Below are positions 37,713-47,455 of a DNA stretch of 64,000 nucleotides, piece after piece. This DNA comes from an uncultured Rikenellaceae bacterium (lineage in GTDB: Bacteria; Bacteroidota; Bacteroidia; Bacteroidales; VadinHA17): contig CAZEUL010000003.1 in assembly GCA_964514725.1 (NCBI GenBank), forward strand, positions 204,567 through 268,566, written 5' to 3'. Below the pieces are notes generated by a model, which saw only the letters and a list, made by a program, of their open reading frames with translations, ran no database searches and had not been told where the DNA came from. A program made the position numbers and the translations under genes. Positions within the stretch are counted from its first letter, which is position 1; each line of letters opens with the position of its first letter.

Positions 37713-40700
37713 TTATTTTACAGATATTTCATCTTCCTTTTTCATGTCGGAAGGCTCTTTTTTCCGGTTGGCATTAAAGAGCCTGTTGAAATCGTGCTTG
37801 TAAAAAAGACCCAAGCCCTGTGTATAGGGGGCGCCTCTTCCCGTGTAAGGATTGTTGAACCGGTTAAAAACCTTAAACCTTATTTTTTCTGTTATCTTGT
37901 ATTCTACATCAAAATCTCCGGTAATCGGATTTCCATAGGAGTTATTTGCACCTCTGATATCAAAATTGCCATTGACAATAACTTTATCATTAAGCAGCTG
38001 AGTAGATAAGGCAACCTGAAGTTCCTGGGAGTTAATATCTTTATTGCCAGGTCTGTAAACGAATCCGATATCAAAATCATTATATATCTGAGATAACCAG
38101 TTGCTTAACTGGTTCGATAACATTTCCGTCGTAGTAACTGCCATTGCGGATGTACCTGTAGAAGCAGTGCTTGTCGATGAAAAACCCATGGAAGGATCCT
38201 GATAAAAACTGTTCATAACAAGCAGATACAGAAACTGACGGCTTAGTTCTTCTTCTGTCGTTATTGAATTTTGCAGTAAACTCCTGGTTTCTTCATCTGC
38301 GTTTGGTAGATAAATATTTAAGCCGACGACCGGATTGAATAGTTTGCCTGTCAGATTTAACTGAGGTTCAACCGGAATCCTTTCGTTATAGCGTTCATCC
38401 CCAAGAATCGGATACAAGGATGTTTTAAGATTTTTGTATGTGGCTTTCAGATCTATTTCTGCATTCTTAATATCTCCGCTGAATGTAATTTTACCACCAT
38501 TTTCAACATCAAATCTTTTATTAAGAACATTTCCTAGCGTAAACAAATATTCTCCCTCATCTATAATGTAATCACCTGAAATTTTAAAAACTCCTTTTCT
38601 ACTGAGATTTATGTTTAATTTTCCTGTTCCTCTTCCCTTTATGACATCACCCGCTTTTGGATCAATAAGCATCTGCACCTCTGCTTCGGGAGTCACATCA
38701 AGATCGAAATTTAGTTCGAGTGCTGATCTTGATGTTTGAGACTGTGTTGAAAAACTGACTTTACCTGGTTCCTTTGACTTTGCTGTATCTTTGGTAACAA
38801 ATGTTACAAAGGAGTTCTCTGAAACTGACAAACCCGAATTTAGAGGTATGAAAAATCTTGTGTTTTTCCCTGTCCTTGCTGAAATTTCAAATGATAGCAG
38901 GTCAGGTCTGCTTTTTATGGTGGTGACACCGCGGGCATAAGCAGTCCCGTAAAAAAGTTCATTATCCTTGGGCTGAGTGTTAAGTACCAGACAATCATTC
39001 ATATTTATCGTAAGATCTGCTGTAAAATCTTTGAAAGAATGATGGTTCACAGATCCTGCAATTGTAGCATAGTTCCCTTTTTCATCAGTAACCCTTATAT
39101 TTCTGAATTTGATTCCGCTTCGGTCAAACCGGATTGTATCATTAAGTCTGTAGCGGGTCTTAAGATAATCGACCCGGAAAGATGTAATCTCAGCAAGCAA
39201 TGCACCTGTCATTACAAGATTATCCCGTTCTCCCCTTAGATTTACTTTCCCTGAAGCATTCCCTTTTATATCGGAAGCAAAAAAACTAAGGAGGGGATTC
39301 AAAGCACCGACGGGAAGTTTTGATGCTCTTGCATCAATATTGAACACTTTTGAATCCGGATCATATGTGCCTGTAACATCCAAATTTTTTATTCCATCCA
39401 GGTTATTGGATGCTTTAATGTCAGCGACCCTCCTCCTTGGATTCCATGAAGTTTCCAGAGACAGATCTCCGTAATTGCTCCCCAGAAGTGAAAAAGACTT
39501 AACTCCCAGATTTCCTTCTAAAAGTGGATTTTTTAAAGCACTTGTAATGAAAATATCACCGTTAAGTGTGCCCTTGAAATCATAATGAAAGGAAGTGCCA
39601 CTATTGTTTTGGGGATTCAAAATCTGATTCAGCGGATTTAAATCTATACCTTTAAATTCAAGTCTGAACGTGTCCGTGGGGTCTCCTGATATAATCCCAT
39701 CTGCTAGATAATAGTTGTCTTCATTTATTATCAAAACTTTGTTTATATTAACCCTTGCAGAATCAACTATTATGTCTGACTTTTTTATTTTCCAAAGATT
39801 GTTTTTTGTATAAACTTCAGTAGAATCAATATTTATATGAAGAATTGGTTTCTGTCTTTCATTCTTTGCAATCGATCCAATTGCGGTTATATGACCTCTG
39901 TTAATGACTTCATCCTTGTTGTCCCATAATAGATTGAAAACAAGATTGTCAGGGAGGGTACTTAGATTGACTGTGAATCCTTTTAATGTTGATTGATTAA
40001 GAAGAGATAATGACTGACTTTTAAGCTCTGCATTTAATCTGCCATTATGGCAATCAGCATCCAATGAAAGATCGCGGAACGTATTATTTCTGATTGTCAG
40101 TACTTTTGATTTCAGCCCTAATCGTAGAATATTATCAGGATGAATATCTCCGGTAATAGTGCTTTTTTCTGAAATCAATACTCCAATCCTGAAAAAATTA
40201 TTAATTCTGTCAGTATTTTTAAAATTAAAAGAAAAATTGAAATCATTTTTTATCTGACTGCTTCCATTCAGTGGAATTTCATATTTGGATGGCATTAATG
40301 AAGCAAGAGCAGATTTTAGTACATTGTTGAGATCACCAAAATTATAATATCCCCTTAGATCGGCATCAAGGAAATCAGTTCTCAATGATATTGCAGGCTT
40401 ATTGTCTTCAGAAAAAGCTTTCAGTGTAAAGTTGTAAAGATCAAGATTATCTCCATGCTTTCTGAGGGAGGAATTTAGTAATTTAATCTCACCAAAGAGA
40501 TTGTCAATGCTATTACCCTTGAAGTTTGCCGTGAGCAAAACTGAAAGTCTTGACGTAGTATCTTCCTTGTCAAAGTACAGTTTATATAGGTTTGATTCGG
40601 AAAGATTAAGTGTAAAATCAAATTCAGGCAGGGTGTTCCTGAAATTAAACATCCCCAAAAGATCCATTTTTATATTCCTGTCATCGATGGTTATACTTCC

Positions 40701-42176
40701 ATCCCATGTTTTTTCAGTAAATAATCCGTTTAACAAGATATTACGGTACAGATATTTGTTAATTAAAATACTGTCAATTCTGCCAGTTATATTGCCTTCA
40801 ATTTTTTCCATTGAGGAGGCAACTCCGTCAATAGATGTTTCCATCGTCATTTTCCCCAGGAACTCACTTTTTCCTGTAAGTTCTCCAAGATCAATTCCAT
40901 TTCCAGCAAGAAGACCCTTTATTTTGAATCTGTTATTTGAAACAGGCCGCACTGACAAATCAGTTTTAAGTGATCCCTTCTCTGTTTTAATCTTACCATA
41001 AGTTACAAAATCAGATAGAAATCCTGTAAAACTTCCGTCAAATGCTATATTCCCAAGCTTATGCAGTACTTCCGGCAGAACAATTTTTTTTCTCCCCGGA
41101 ATCACTATTCTTTCAATTTCGGATGCGTTTGTCCTGAGGGTATTAACACCCAGGTGGATAAAAGCATCATTAAACGCCGGAAGTCCCGAAAAATCGAAAT
41201 CACAATTAAGATAACTGTTATCACGGTATCTGAGAACAATATTCCGTCCCTTTAACTCTTCAACTGTACCTGAAATCCTTCCTGACAGTTCAATGAGTTC
41301 ATCTGATCCTTTGAAAAAGGGAACAAAATAACTCAGGTCAGAGGAACTGATCAATGATCGTTGTAGTCGAAGGTTCAGCTTTACTTCGCTGATAAATCTG
41401 CTGAAAGAGTTGGATGAATAAGGGATAAGAGCAAATAAATCAGCGTTTATTATTGAATTATTGCAATTTATGAGAATATCGCTGAAAATAATATCATGTT
41501 GTGCAAGTGTGACCTTGCTGCTCAGGTTCTGAATAACGAAGCCATTAAATTCCCTGGCCTGCAGACTGCTGATTGTGAATGTAGTAGAATCATCCTTAAT
41601 CTTGAAGTTTGTCACTTCAGCATTAATTGAATTAAGGTTTAAGTCGTTGAAGTTAATTTTACTTTCACTTTCCCTGTTTCTAAGATCAAGAAGTTTGAAC
41701 TTTCCCTCATCAACTGTAATATGATCAATTGCAATGCTGGTCCTTTGATTGTCTGAGACAGTATCTTTTGTCCCAAGCATGTTAAGATACCAGTTAATAT
41801 TCATAAGCCCCGAAGTATCAGTAATCAAAGCAAAAGTGGGTTTGATTAATTCTATTTTTCCGAACCTGATTGTCTTTTTTCGCAAATCCAGCCAGCGTAA
41901 CCCTGCAACTATTCTTTTTGTATAAATAAGTGTGTCTTTATTTTGATCTTTTATTAATACTTCATCAAGGGCCAGCCTGTTAAAGAAAACGTATTCAAAA
42001 CGGCCAACAGTGATTGTAGATTTTATCTGATCCGAGTAATGTGCTGTTATTCTTTTAACAATAAAAGTCTGAATGTCGGGTATTTGTATTAACAGGTATA
42101 GGAATGTCGGGACCAGAAGAATAATGCCGATCAGTATTATAAAATATTTAAATGATTTTTTAATACTTTTGAGCAT
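37713..42176 (-). CDS. tamB: translocation and assembly module protein TamB-like (AsmA/DUF490 family)
   Basis: 1487 aa with a single N-terminal TM anchor (YFIILIGIILLVPTFLYLLI). A long beta-rich body is followed by a C-terminal DUF490-like region (..LSTQLLNDKVIVNGNFD..). Confidence 0.8.
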   Translation of the reverse strand: MLKSIKKSFKYFIILIGIILLVPTFLYLLIQIPDIQTFIVKRITAHYSDQIKSTITVGRFEYVFFNRLALDEVLIKDQNKDTLIYTKRIVAGLRWLDLRKKTIRFGKIELIKPTFALITDTSGLMNINWYLNMLGTKDTVSDNQRTSIAIDHITVDEGKFKLLDLRNRESESKINFNDLNLNSINAEVTNFKIKDDSTTFTISSLQAREFNGFVIQNLSSKVTLAQHDIIFSDILINCNNSIINADLFALIPYSSNSFSRFISEVKLNLRLQRSLISSSDLSYFVPFFKGSDELIELSGRISGTVEELKGRNIVLRYRDNSYLNCDFDFSGLPAFNDAFIHLGVNTLRTNASEIERIVIPGRKKIVLPEVLHKLGNIAFDGSFTGFLSDFVTYGKIKTEKGSLKTDLSVRPVSNNRFKIKGLLAGNGIDLGELTGKSEFLGKMTMETSIDGVASSMEKIEGNITGRIDSILINKYLYRNILLNGLFTEKTWDGSITIDDRNIKMDLLGMFNFRNTLPEFDFTLNLSESNLYKLYFDKEDTTSRLSVLLTANFKGNSIDNLFGEIKLLNSSLRKHGDNLDLYNFTLKAFSEDNKPAISLRTDFLDADLRGYYNFGDLNNVLKSALASLMPSKYEIPLNGSSQIKNDFNFSFNFKNTDRINNFFRIGVLISEKSTITGDIHPDNILRLGLKSKVLTIRNNTFRDLSLDADCHNGRLNAELKSQSLSLLNQSTLKGFTVNLSTLPDNLVFNLLWDNKDEVINRGHITAIGSIAKNERQKPILHINIDSTEVYTKNNLWKIKKSDIIVDSARVNINKVLIINEDNYYLADGIISGDPTDTFRLEFKGIDLNPLNQILNPQNNSGTSFHYDFKGTLNGDIFITSALKNPLLEGNLGVKSFSLLGSNYGDLSLETSWNPRRRVADIKASNNLDGIKNLDVTGTYDPDSKVFNIDARASKLPVGALNPLLSFFASDIKGNASGKVNLRGERDNLVMTGALLAEITSFRVDYLKTRYRLNDTIRFDRSGIKFRNIRVTDEKGNYATIAGSVNHHSFKDFTADLTINMNDCLVLNTQPKDNELFYGTAYARGVTTIKSRPDLLSFEISARTGKNTRFFIPLNSGLSVSENSFVTFVTKDTAKSKEPGKVSFSTQSQTSRSALELNFDLDVTPEAEVQMLIDPKAGDVIKGRGTGKLNINLSRKGVFKISGDYIIDEGEYLFTLGNVLNKRFDVENGGKITFSGDIKNAEIDLKATYKNLKTSLYPILGDERYNERIPVEPQLNLTGKLFNPVVGLNIYLPNADEETRSLLQNSITTEEELSRQFLYLLVMNSFYQDPSMGFSSTSTASTGTSAMAVTTTEMLSNQLSNWLSQIYNDFDIGFVYRPGNKDINSQELQVALSTQLLNDKVIVNGNFDIRGANNSYGNPITGDFDVEYKITEKIRFKVFNRFNNPYTGRGAPYTQGLGLFYKHDFNRLFNANRKKEPSDMKKEDEISVK

Positions 42177-42238
42177 TCTGTAATGTATTAAGAATCATAG
42201 GCAAAATAACCTAAAAAATACCGAAATTCAAAGCATAG

Positions 42239-43252
42239 ATGGCAGTTACCATATTGGCTATAGAATCTTCCTGTGATGATACATCGGTTGCAGTCATAAG
42301 AGATGGTTACATACTTTCCAACCTTATTGCCAGCCAGGAGATACATAAAAAATATGGAGGTGTTGTTCCTGAGTTGGCATCCAGAGCCCATCAGGCCAAT
42401 ATAGTACCCGTTACCGATGTTGCTTTAAAAAATGCCGGAATCAGCGGTTCTGAAGTAAATGCTGTTGCATTTACACGTGGTCCCGGGCTTCTTGGTTCAC
42501 TTCTGGTTGGAACTTCATTCGCAAAAGGATTTGCCTTGGCTCATAACATACCATTAATAGAGGTAAATCATCTTCAGGCTCATGTTCTGGTTCATTTTAT
42601 CCTTGACAAAGAAAAATCTACCCGGATTCCTTTATTCCCATTCCTTTGTCTTCTTGTTTCAGGGGGGCATACAAGAATCATTGTATTAAAAGATTATCTT
42701 GAAATGGAAATGATTGGAAATACAATAGATGATGCTGCCGGAGAAGCTTTTGACAAATGTGGGAAATTAATGGGCTTTCCATACCCTGCAGGTCCCATAA
42801 TAGACAGACAGGCACAAAATGGTAACAGTCATGCTTTCAAGTTTGCGAAACCTTTAGTCAGAGGACTTGATTTTAGTTTCAGTGGCTTGAAAACAAGTTT
42901 CCTGTATTTTCTGAACGACAGCATTACCAAGGATCCGGACTTTATAGAAAAAAATATTTCAGACCTTTGCGCATCACTTCAATTTACAATAATTGAGATC
43001 TTAATGAATAAACTCATTAAAGCATCACAGGAGACCGGTATCAGAAATATCGGAATTGCCGGAGGTGTATCAGCAAATTCAGGATTGAGGAAAGCTTTTG
43101 AACGTGAAGGTATCAGGAGAAAATGGAATATCTTTATTCCTCCTTTTTCATATACAACTGATAATGCCGCTATGATAGGAATTACGGGGTATTATAAATA
43201 TCTTAAAGGTGAATTTACACACCAGGGTATAGTACCTCTTGCAAGATACTGA
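42239..43252 (+). CDS. tsaD: tRNA N6-adenosine threonylcarbamoyltransferase
   Basis: 337 aa. ILAIESSCDDTSVAV, HQANI and LLVSGGHT are Kae1/TsaD motifs. Confidence 0.95.
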   Translation: MAVTILAIESSCDDTSVAVIRDGYILSNLIASQEIHKKYGGVVPELASRAHQANIVPVTDVALKNAGISGSEVNAVAFTRGPGLLGSLLVGTSFAKGFALAHNIPLIEVNHLQAHVLVHFILDKEKSTRIPLFPFLCLLVSGGHTRIIVLKDYLEMEMIGNTIDDAAGEAFDKCGKLMGFPYPAGPIIDRQAQNGNSHAFKFAKPLVRGLDFSFSGLKTSFLYFLNDSITKDPDFIEKNISDLCASLQFTIIEILMNKLIKASQETGIRNIGIAGGVSANSGLRKAFEREGIRRKWNIFIPPFSYTTDNAAMIGITGYYKYLKGEFTHQGIVPLARY

Positions 43253-43270
43253 ACATAAAGAATTAATCTG

Positions 43271-44308
43271 ATGAAGAGTCGCGATTTGTCTTTTCTTGTT
43301 CTGGGAGCCGGTGCAGTTGGAGGAATCACAGCTGCAATGCTTAAGAAGAATGGATACGATGTTGAAATCATTTGTAAATATGATGATTATGCTTCCATTA
43401 TCTCAGAAAAAGGATTAAATGTAAGTGGAGTCTCGGGCAATTTTACAGTAAGGCTACCTGCTTATGCATCAGTCAAAGATCTGAAAGTCAAAAAAGATAT
43501 TATTCTTCATGCTACCAAAGCTACTGATATGAAATCTGCGGCAATAGAAGCTTTGTCTGCTCTTAAGGAAGGTGGATATTTTGTATCAATGCAGAACGGC
43601 ATTTGTGAAGATGAACTTGCTTCAGTTGTGGGAGATAATAGGGTGATTGGTTGTGTAACAGGATGGGGAGCAACAATGAATGCTCAAGGTAATCTTGAAA
43701 TGACATCAAGGGGAGATTTTATCATCGGATATCCCGATATGGAACAGGATCATTTACTGACTCTTGTTTCAGAAGCATTGTCTTCTGTTGTCTCTGTCAA
43801 AATATCAAATAACATAATGGGTCATCTCTATTCCAAATTGATCATAAATTCATGTATAACTTCTCTAGGGGCAATATGCGGTCTCTATCTTGGTGAGATG
43901 CTTGCAATCTCTAAGGTGAGAAGGATTTTTATTGAAATAATTAGGGAAGCAGTTGCATTGGCAGATAAAATGGGTATAATGCTTGAAGTTTTTGGTGGCA
44001 GGATTGATTTCCGGAAATTCACAGAAGGAAATGATCTCATCTCTGACTTTAAAAGGCATTTGATGATCAGAATAATAGGATTCAAATACCGTCGGCTTAA
44101 ATCATCAAGCCTTCAGTCGCTCGAAAGAGGTAAACCAACTGAAATAGATTATCTGAATGGATATATTGTCAGGAATGCTGAAAAATTCAAATTAGCTGTA
44201 CCGGTTAATACGGCAATAGTTACATTGATCCATGAAATTGAATCAGGAACAAGAAAAATATCAGTATCTAATTTTGATGATCCTGTTTTTGACAGATTCA
44301 ATAATTAA
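43271..44308 (+). CDS. panE: 2-dehydropantoate 2-reductase family (ApbA/PanE)
   Basis: 345 aa with Rossmann motif LVLGAGAVGG and C-terminal SSLQSLERGKPTEIDYLNGYIV. Confidence 0.75.
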   Translation: MKSRDLSFLVLGAGAVGGITAAMLKKNGYDVEIICKYDDYASIISEKGLNVSGVSGNFTVRLPAYASVKDLKVKKDIILHATKATDMKSAAIEALSALKEGGYFVSMQNGICEDELASVVGDNRVIGCVTGWGATMNAQGNLEMTSRGDFIIGYPDMEQDHLLTLVSEALSSVVSVKISNNIMGHLYSKLIINSCITSLGAICGLYLGEMLAISKVRRIFIEIIREAVALADKMGIMLEVFGGRIDFRKFTEGNDLISDFKRHLMIRIIGFKYRRLKSSSLQSLERGKPTEIDYLNGYIVRNAEKFKLAVPVNTAIVTLIHEIESGTRKISVSNFDDPVFDRFNN

Positions 44309-44347
44309 GATATCTAAACCATTTACTTATAGTAATTCTTAAAAAGT

Positions 44348-44719
44348 ATGGAAGAGCTTAAAATTCCAGGCACCAAAACAACACCTGAAATTCAAATGAA
44401 TCAGGATGGCATAATTAAGATCAGTGGACGGTCTATCCATGAAAATATTGCTAATTTCTTCAAGCCTGCAGAAAACTGGGTCAGCAATTATGTCGAAAAC
44501 CCGGCAGATATCACTTGTCTTGATATTAAGCTTGAGTATTTTAATAGTGCAAGTGCAAAAATGATAATAAGGTTAATTCAGAAAATTGCAGCAGTAAGGC
44601 TCAAAAACAGGAAATTTATAGTTAACTGGTACTATGAGGAGGGTGACGATGATATCCTTGAACGTGGTGAGTACTTCTCCTCGGTAGCCAAAATACCATT
44701 TAATTATATAAAGATTTGA
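44348..44719 (+). CDS. DUF1987 / SiaC-like regulatory protein
   Basis: 123 aa. It is collinear with my recollection of P. aeruginosa SiaC: LKIPGTKTTPEI, G.S..EN, LEYFNSASAK (SiaC has LYLNTSSIK), W.Y..GDDD and a C-terminal PF. Confidence 0.8.
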   Translation: MEELKIPGTKTTPEIQMNQDGIIKISGRSIHENIANFFKPAENWVSNYVENPADITCLDIKLEYFNSASAKMIIRLIQKIAAVRLKNRKFIVNWYYEEGDDDILERGEYFSSVAKIPFNYIKI

Positions 44720-44759
44720 AATTGTTTTTATTATACTGTATTATCTTTAATAGATATTA

Positions 44760-46004
44760 TCAGTTTGCTGAGGGATCAGCTACCTTACCCATAAAAATCA
44801 CCGAGTTGGTTGTGATTTCCCTGATGATAAATATAAAAGGATGGTTAAGATCAATAACCAGGTATGATGGTATGCTGGTTACTCCAAAACCCACAGCTGT
44901 GGCAGCTGCTGCTTCTGTACCTTCTTCATTTGTTTCAATAAAAGCCTGGTGAGTGACAAAACTTATATAAAGATCATACAAATCAGAAATATTTGACAGG
45001 TTTGCATTATCAGTAAATGCAATACCCATTCCCATATTTGTAAGTACATCTTTCAGCTCTTTTTTAAATCCAAATTTAAACCTTGGAAAAGAGAGGTCCA
45101 CTTTCTGGTTTGTCAGCTGATTAATCCATGTACTGAAACTGTTGTCATTAAGTATTGACAATATACTGCCAAGCCCGTCACGGTTATCAGGTAATATAAC
45201 ATCCATAACATAGTTGCCCTGTCCGTAAGGGAATTCAGCAATAGTAAATCCATCTCCCTTGAATGCTTTGAAATTCTGAGTCTGCTTCATCATTTGGGCA
45301 TCAGCTGTTGACCCGTCTGATTTGTAAAATGGTTGTGTCAAAGTTTTGGAGGCATCAAATTCCATTTTCCACTTCCCTTTAAAATATATTGCATTTATCA
45401 GGATCATAACAGTATTATCATCAAGCTGACTTATCATTTTCTTTATCAGGTTATTGGTTTTATTTTCAACCCACAGATTTATCTTGTCAGGAGCGGTTGG
45501 ATCGCTGATATCGAATGATCTTGATTCCGCATTGTAATAATTAGTAAGGATGTCAATAAACGCCTGCTTTACTACAAAATCATCCTCTGTCCATACTGAA
45601 TTTGCGATTGATATTAAAATCCTTTTATCGACTGAAAGAAGTTCTTCTGAGAGCAGCTTGTATGATTTATTTATTGCTTCAGGTGTTGTCCCGCTAAGCC
45701 TTAAAGCTTTTAGCATCGAATCGCGTGTAGCTCCGTCTGCTCCGTTCAGGGTCATTGACAGAGCAATGGAAATGCTTAGTGGTGAAATAATAATATTCTT
45801 GTTCTCTTCTGTATTGTTTAATACCTCTGAAAAGATATCAAAAGCAAATTTGTTTTCAGACTCAATGAGTGACACCTGTTCTGTAGTTAAGTTGATTGGA
45901 ACCGGCTCATTTGGGAGCTTCTCATCTGTTTTACTGCAGGAGAATAATATCATTGAAAAAGAAATTATCAGAACAGATTCTGGTTTAATAGATCTTGGTT
46001 TCAT
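44760..46004 (-). CDS. serpin-family protease inhibitor, lipoprotein (miropin-like)
   Basis: Start trimmed to ATG 46004 because the track start at 46037 is a TTG. It has lipobox ILFS|C. The serpin hinge and reactive-centre loop are EEGTEAAAATAVGFGVTSIPSY (nt 44862-44921 counted from the G), followed by NHPFIFIIRE. Confidence 0.9.
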   Translation of the reverse strand: MKPRSIKPESVLIISFSMILFSCSKTDEKLPNEPVPINLTTEQVSLIESENKFAFDIFSEVLNNTEENKNIIISPLSISIALSMTLNGADGATRDSMLKALRLSGTTPEAINKSYKLLSEELLSVDKRILISIANSVWTEDDFVVKQAFIDILTNYYNAESRSFDISDPTAPDKINLWVENKTNNLIKKMISQLDDNTVMILINAIYFKGKWKMEFDASKTLTQPFYKSDGSTADAQMMKQTQNFKAFKGDGFTIAEFPYGQGNYVMDVILPDNRDGLGSILSILNDNSFSTWINQLTNQKVDLSFPRFKFGFKKELKDVLTNMGMGIAFTDNANLSNISDLYDLYISFVTHQAFIETNEEGTEAAAATAVGFGVTSIPSYLVIDLNHPFIFIIREITTNSVIFMGKVADPSAN

Positions 46005-46097
46005 TATCTTGGTTTTATTTGGTGAATAAAACAACAATCAGAAGTCAACGGGAGAAATGGATTCCTGAATAGATTTTTCAAAAATTATGCCAATAAT

Positions 46098-46658
46098 TTA
46101 TTGATTCCTTTTTTGTTTACGGTTTGTTTCGATATAAGCCTTCAGATAAATAAATGAAACAACTATGAGGATAAGACTGAAGATAAGAAGTAGAATAAAA
46201 GTAATTACTGAAGGATTATCAATACCGGGCAAAGGATGATGAATTCTGAAGATATATCCTAAAATTGTATATGTCAGTACCAGAATTGAGATAACAAAAT
46301 TAAAAATGACGGAAGATGCGTTAAGGATTTTAGTTGATTTGTAGTATTTACTATTTCTGAACCGGTTATATGTACTTGATGCATAAAATCTTGCCCTTTG
46401 TCTTGACCTTTCCTGTCTGTATTTTCGCCATTCTTCAATAAGCTTTTCAAAGTCGGCTTCTCCTGAGATCATACTCTCATGATTGGCGATAATGAAATCA
46501 TATGCTTCAGTGATTTTTATAAATTGATTTACTGCATCGGGAGCATGGTTGATATCGGGATGATACATTCGTGCTTTTTTCCTGTATGCTTTTTTTATTT
46601 CATCCAGGGATGAATTGACCGGCAGTCCAAGAATTTCATAATATTCTGATAATCCCAT
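46098..46658 (-). CDS. J-domain (DnaJ-like) protein with C-terminal membrane anchor
   Basis: 186 aa. YYEILGLPVNSSLDEIKKAYRKKARMYHPDIN carries the HPD motif. Two hydrophobic helices lie near the C-terminus. Confidence 0.8.
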   Translation of the reverse strand: MGLSEYYEILGLPVNSSLDEIKKAYRKKARMYHPDINHAPDAVNQFIKITEAYDFIIANHESMISGEADFEKLIEEWRKYRQERSRQRARFYASSTYNRFRNSKYYKSTKILNASSVIFNFVISILVLTYTILGYIFRIHHPLPGIDNPSVITFILLLIFSLILIVVSFIYLKAYIETNRKQKRNQ

Positions 46659-46702
46659 TTGTGATGAACCAGGAAAATGTATACAAATAACGAAATAATT
46701 TT

Positions 46703-46716
46703 CATTTCCGGAAATG
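46703..46716. repeat. perfect 14-bp palindrome CATTTCCGGAAATG in the rnfA / J-domain intergenic region
   Basis: Read directly. A further CCGGAAAT half-site lies at 46829-46836, and a near copy TTCATTTCGG lies at 46802-46811. Confidence 0.5.
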
Positions 46717-46868
46717 TATAATTTCTAAATAGAACACCTGTTTCCAGAACTTTCAGTCTTAATCTATTTAAATTTTCGGCAGACTCAAAGATCAGGCATG
46801 TTTCATTTCGGTTGTGCTTATAATGTGCCCGGAAATTTCTATCAGTGATGGAACATTTGGTTAAGGGA

Positions 46869-47444
46869 TCATTTAACTATCCCTGTAAAACCCATAAATG
46901 CAAGTGCAAGAATTCCAGCGGTGACTAGTGATATCGGCACACCTCTCATACCTTTTGGTATATCTAGCAGTTCAAACTGCTCCCTTATCCCAGCAAGAAT
47001 TATTAGTGCCAGTCCAAATCCAAGTGCTGTTGATCCTCCATAAATAACTCCCTCAAGCAGATTAAAATTCTTCTTGATGACAAGTATTGCGACTCCAAGC
47101 ACAGCGCAGTTGGTTGTTATTAATGGAAGAAAAATTCCAAGTGCCTGATAAAGAGGCTGGCTGATCTTTTTAAGTATTATCTCTACCATCTGGACAAGGG
47201 ATGCAATAACAAGAATGAATGTGATGGTCTGCATAAATACTATTCCCAGTTTTTGGAGAATATAAACATGAATAAGATATGTGACTATAGTTGCCATCAC
47301 GATGACAAAAGTGACAGCTGCCGACATTCCAAGTGCAGTACTGACCTTATTGGAAACACCAAGGAAAGGGCAGATCCCGAGGAACTGTGCAAGAACAACA
47401 TTATTAACTATAAGAGCGGAGATTATGATCAGAAAATATTCCAT
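46869..47444 (-). CDS. rnfA: Rnf electron-transport complex subunit A
   Basis: 191-aa polytopic membrane protein. VNNVVLAQFLGICPFLG is typical of RnfA/NqrE. Confidence 0.9.
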   Translation of the reverse strand: MEYFLIIISALIVNNVVLAQFLGICPFLGVSNKVSTALGMSAAVTFVIVMATIVTYLIHVYILQKLGIVFMQTITFILVIASLVQMVEIILKKISQPLYQALGIFLPLITTNCAVLGVAILVIKKNFNLLEGVIYGGSTALGFGLALIILAGIREQFELLDIPKGMRGVPISLVTAGILALAFMGFTGIVK

Positions 47445-47455
47445 TTCTCAATTTA

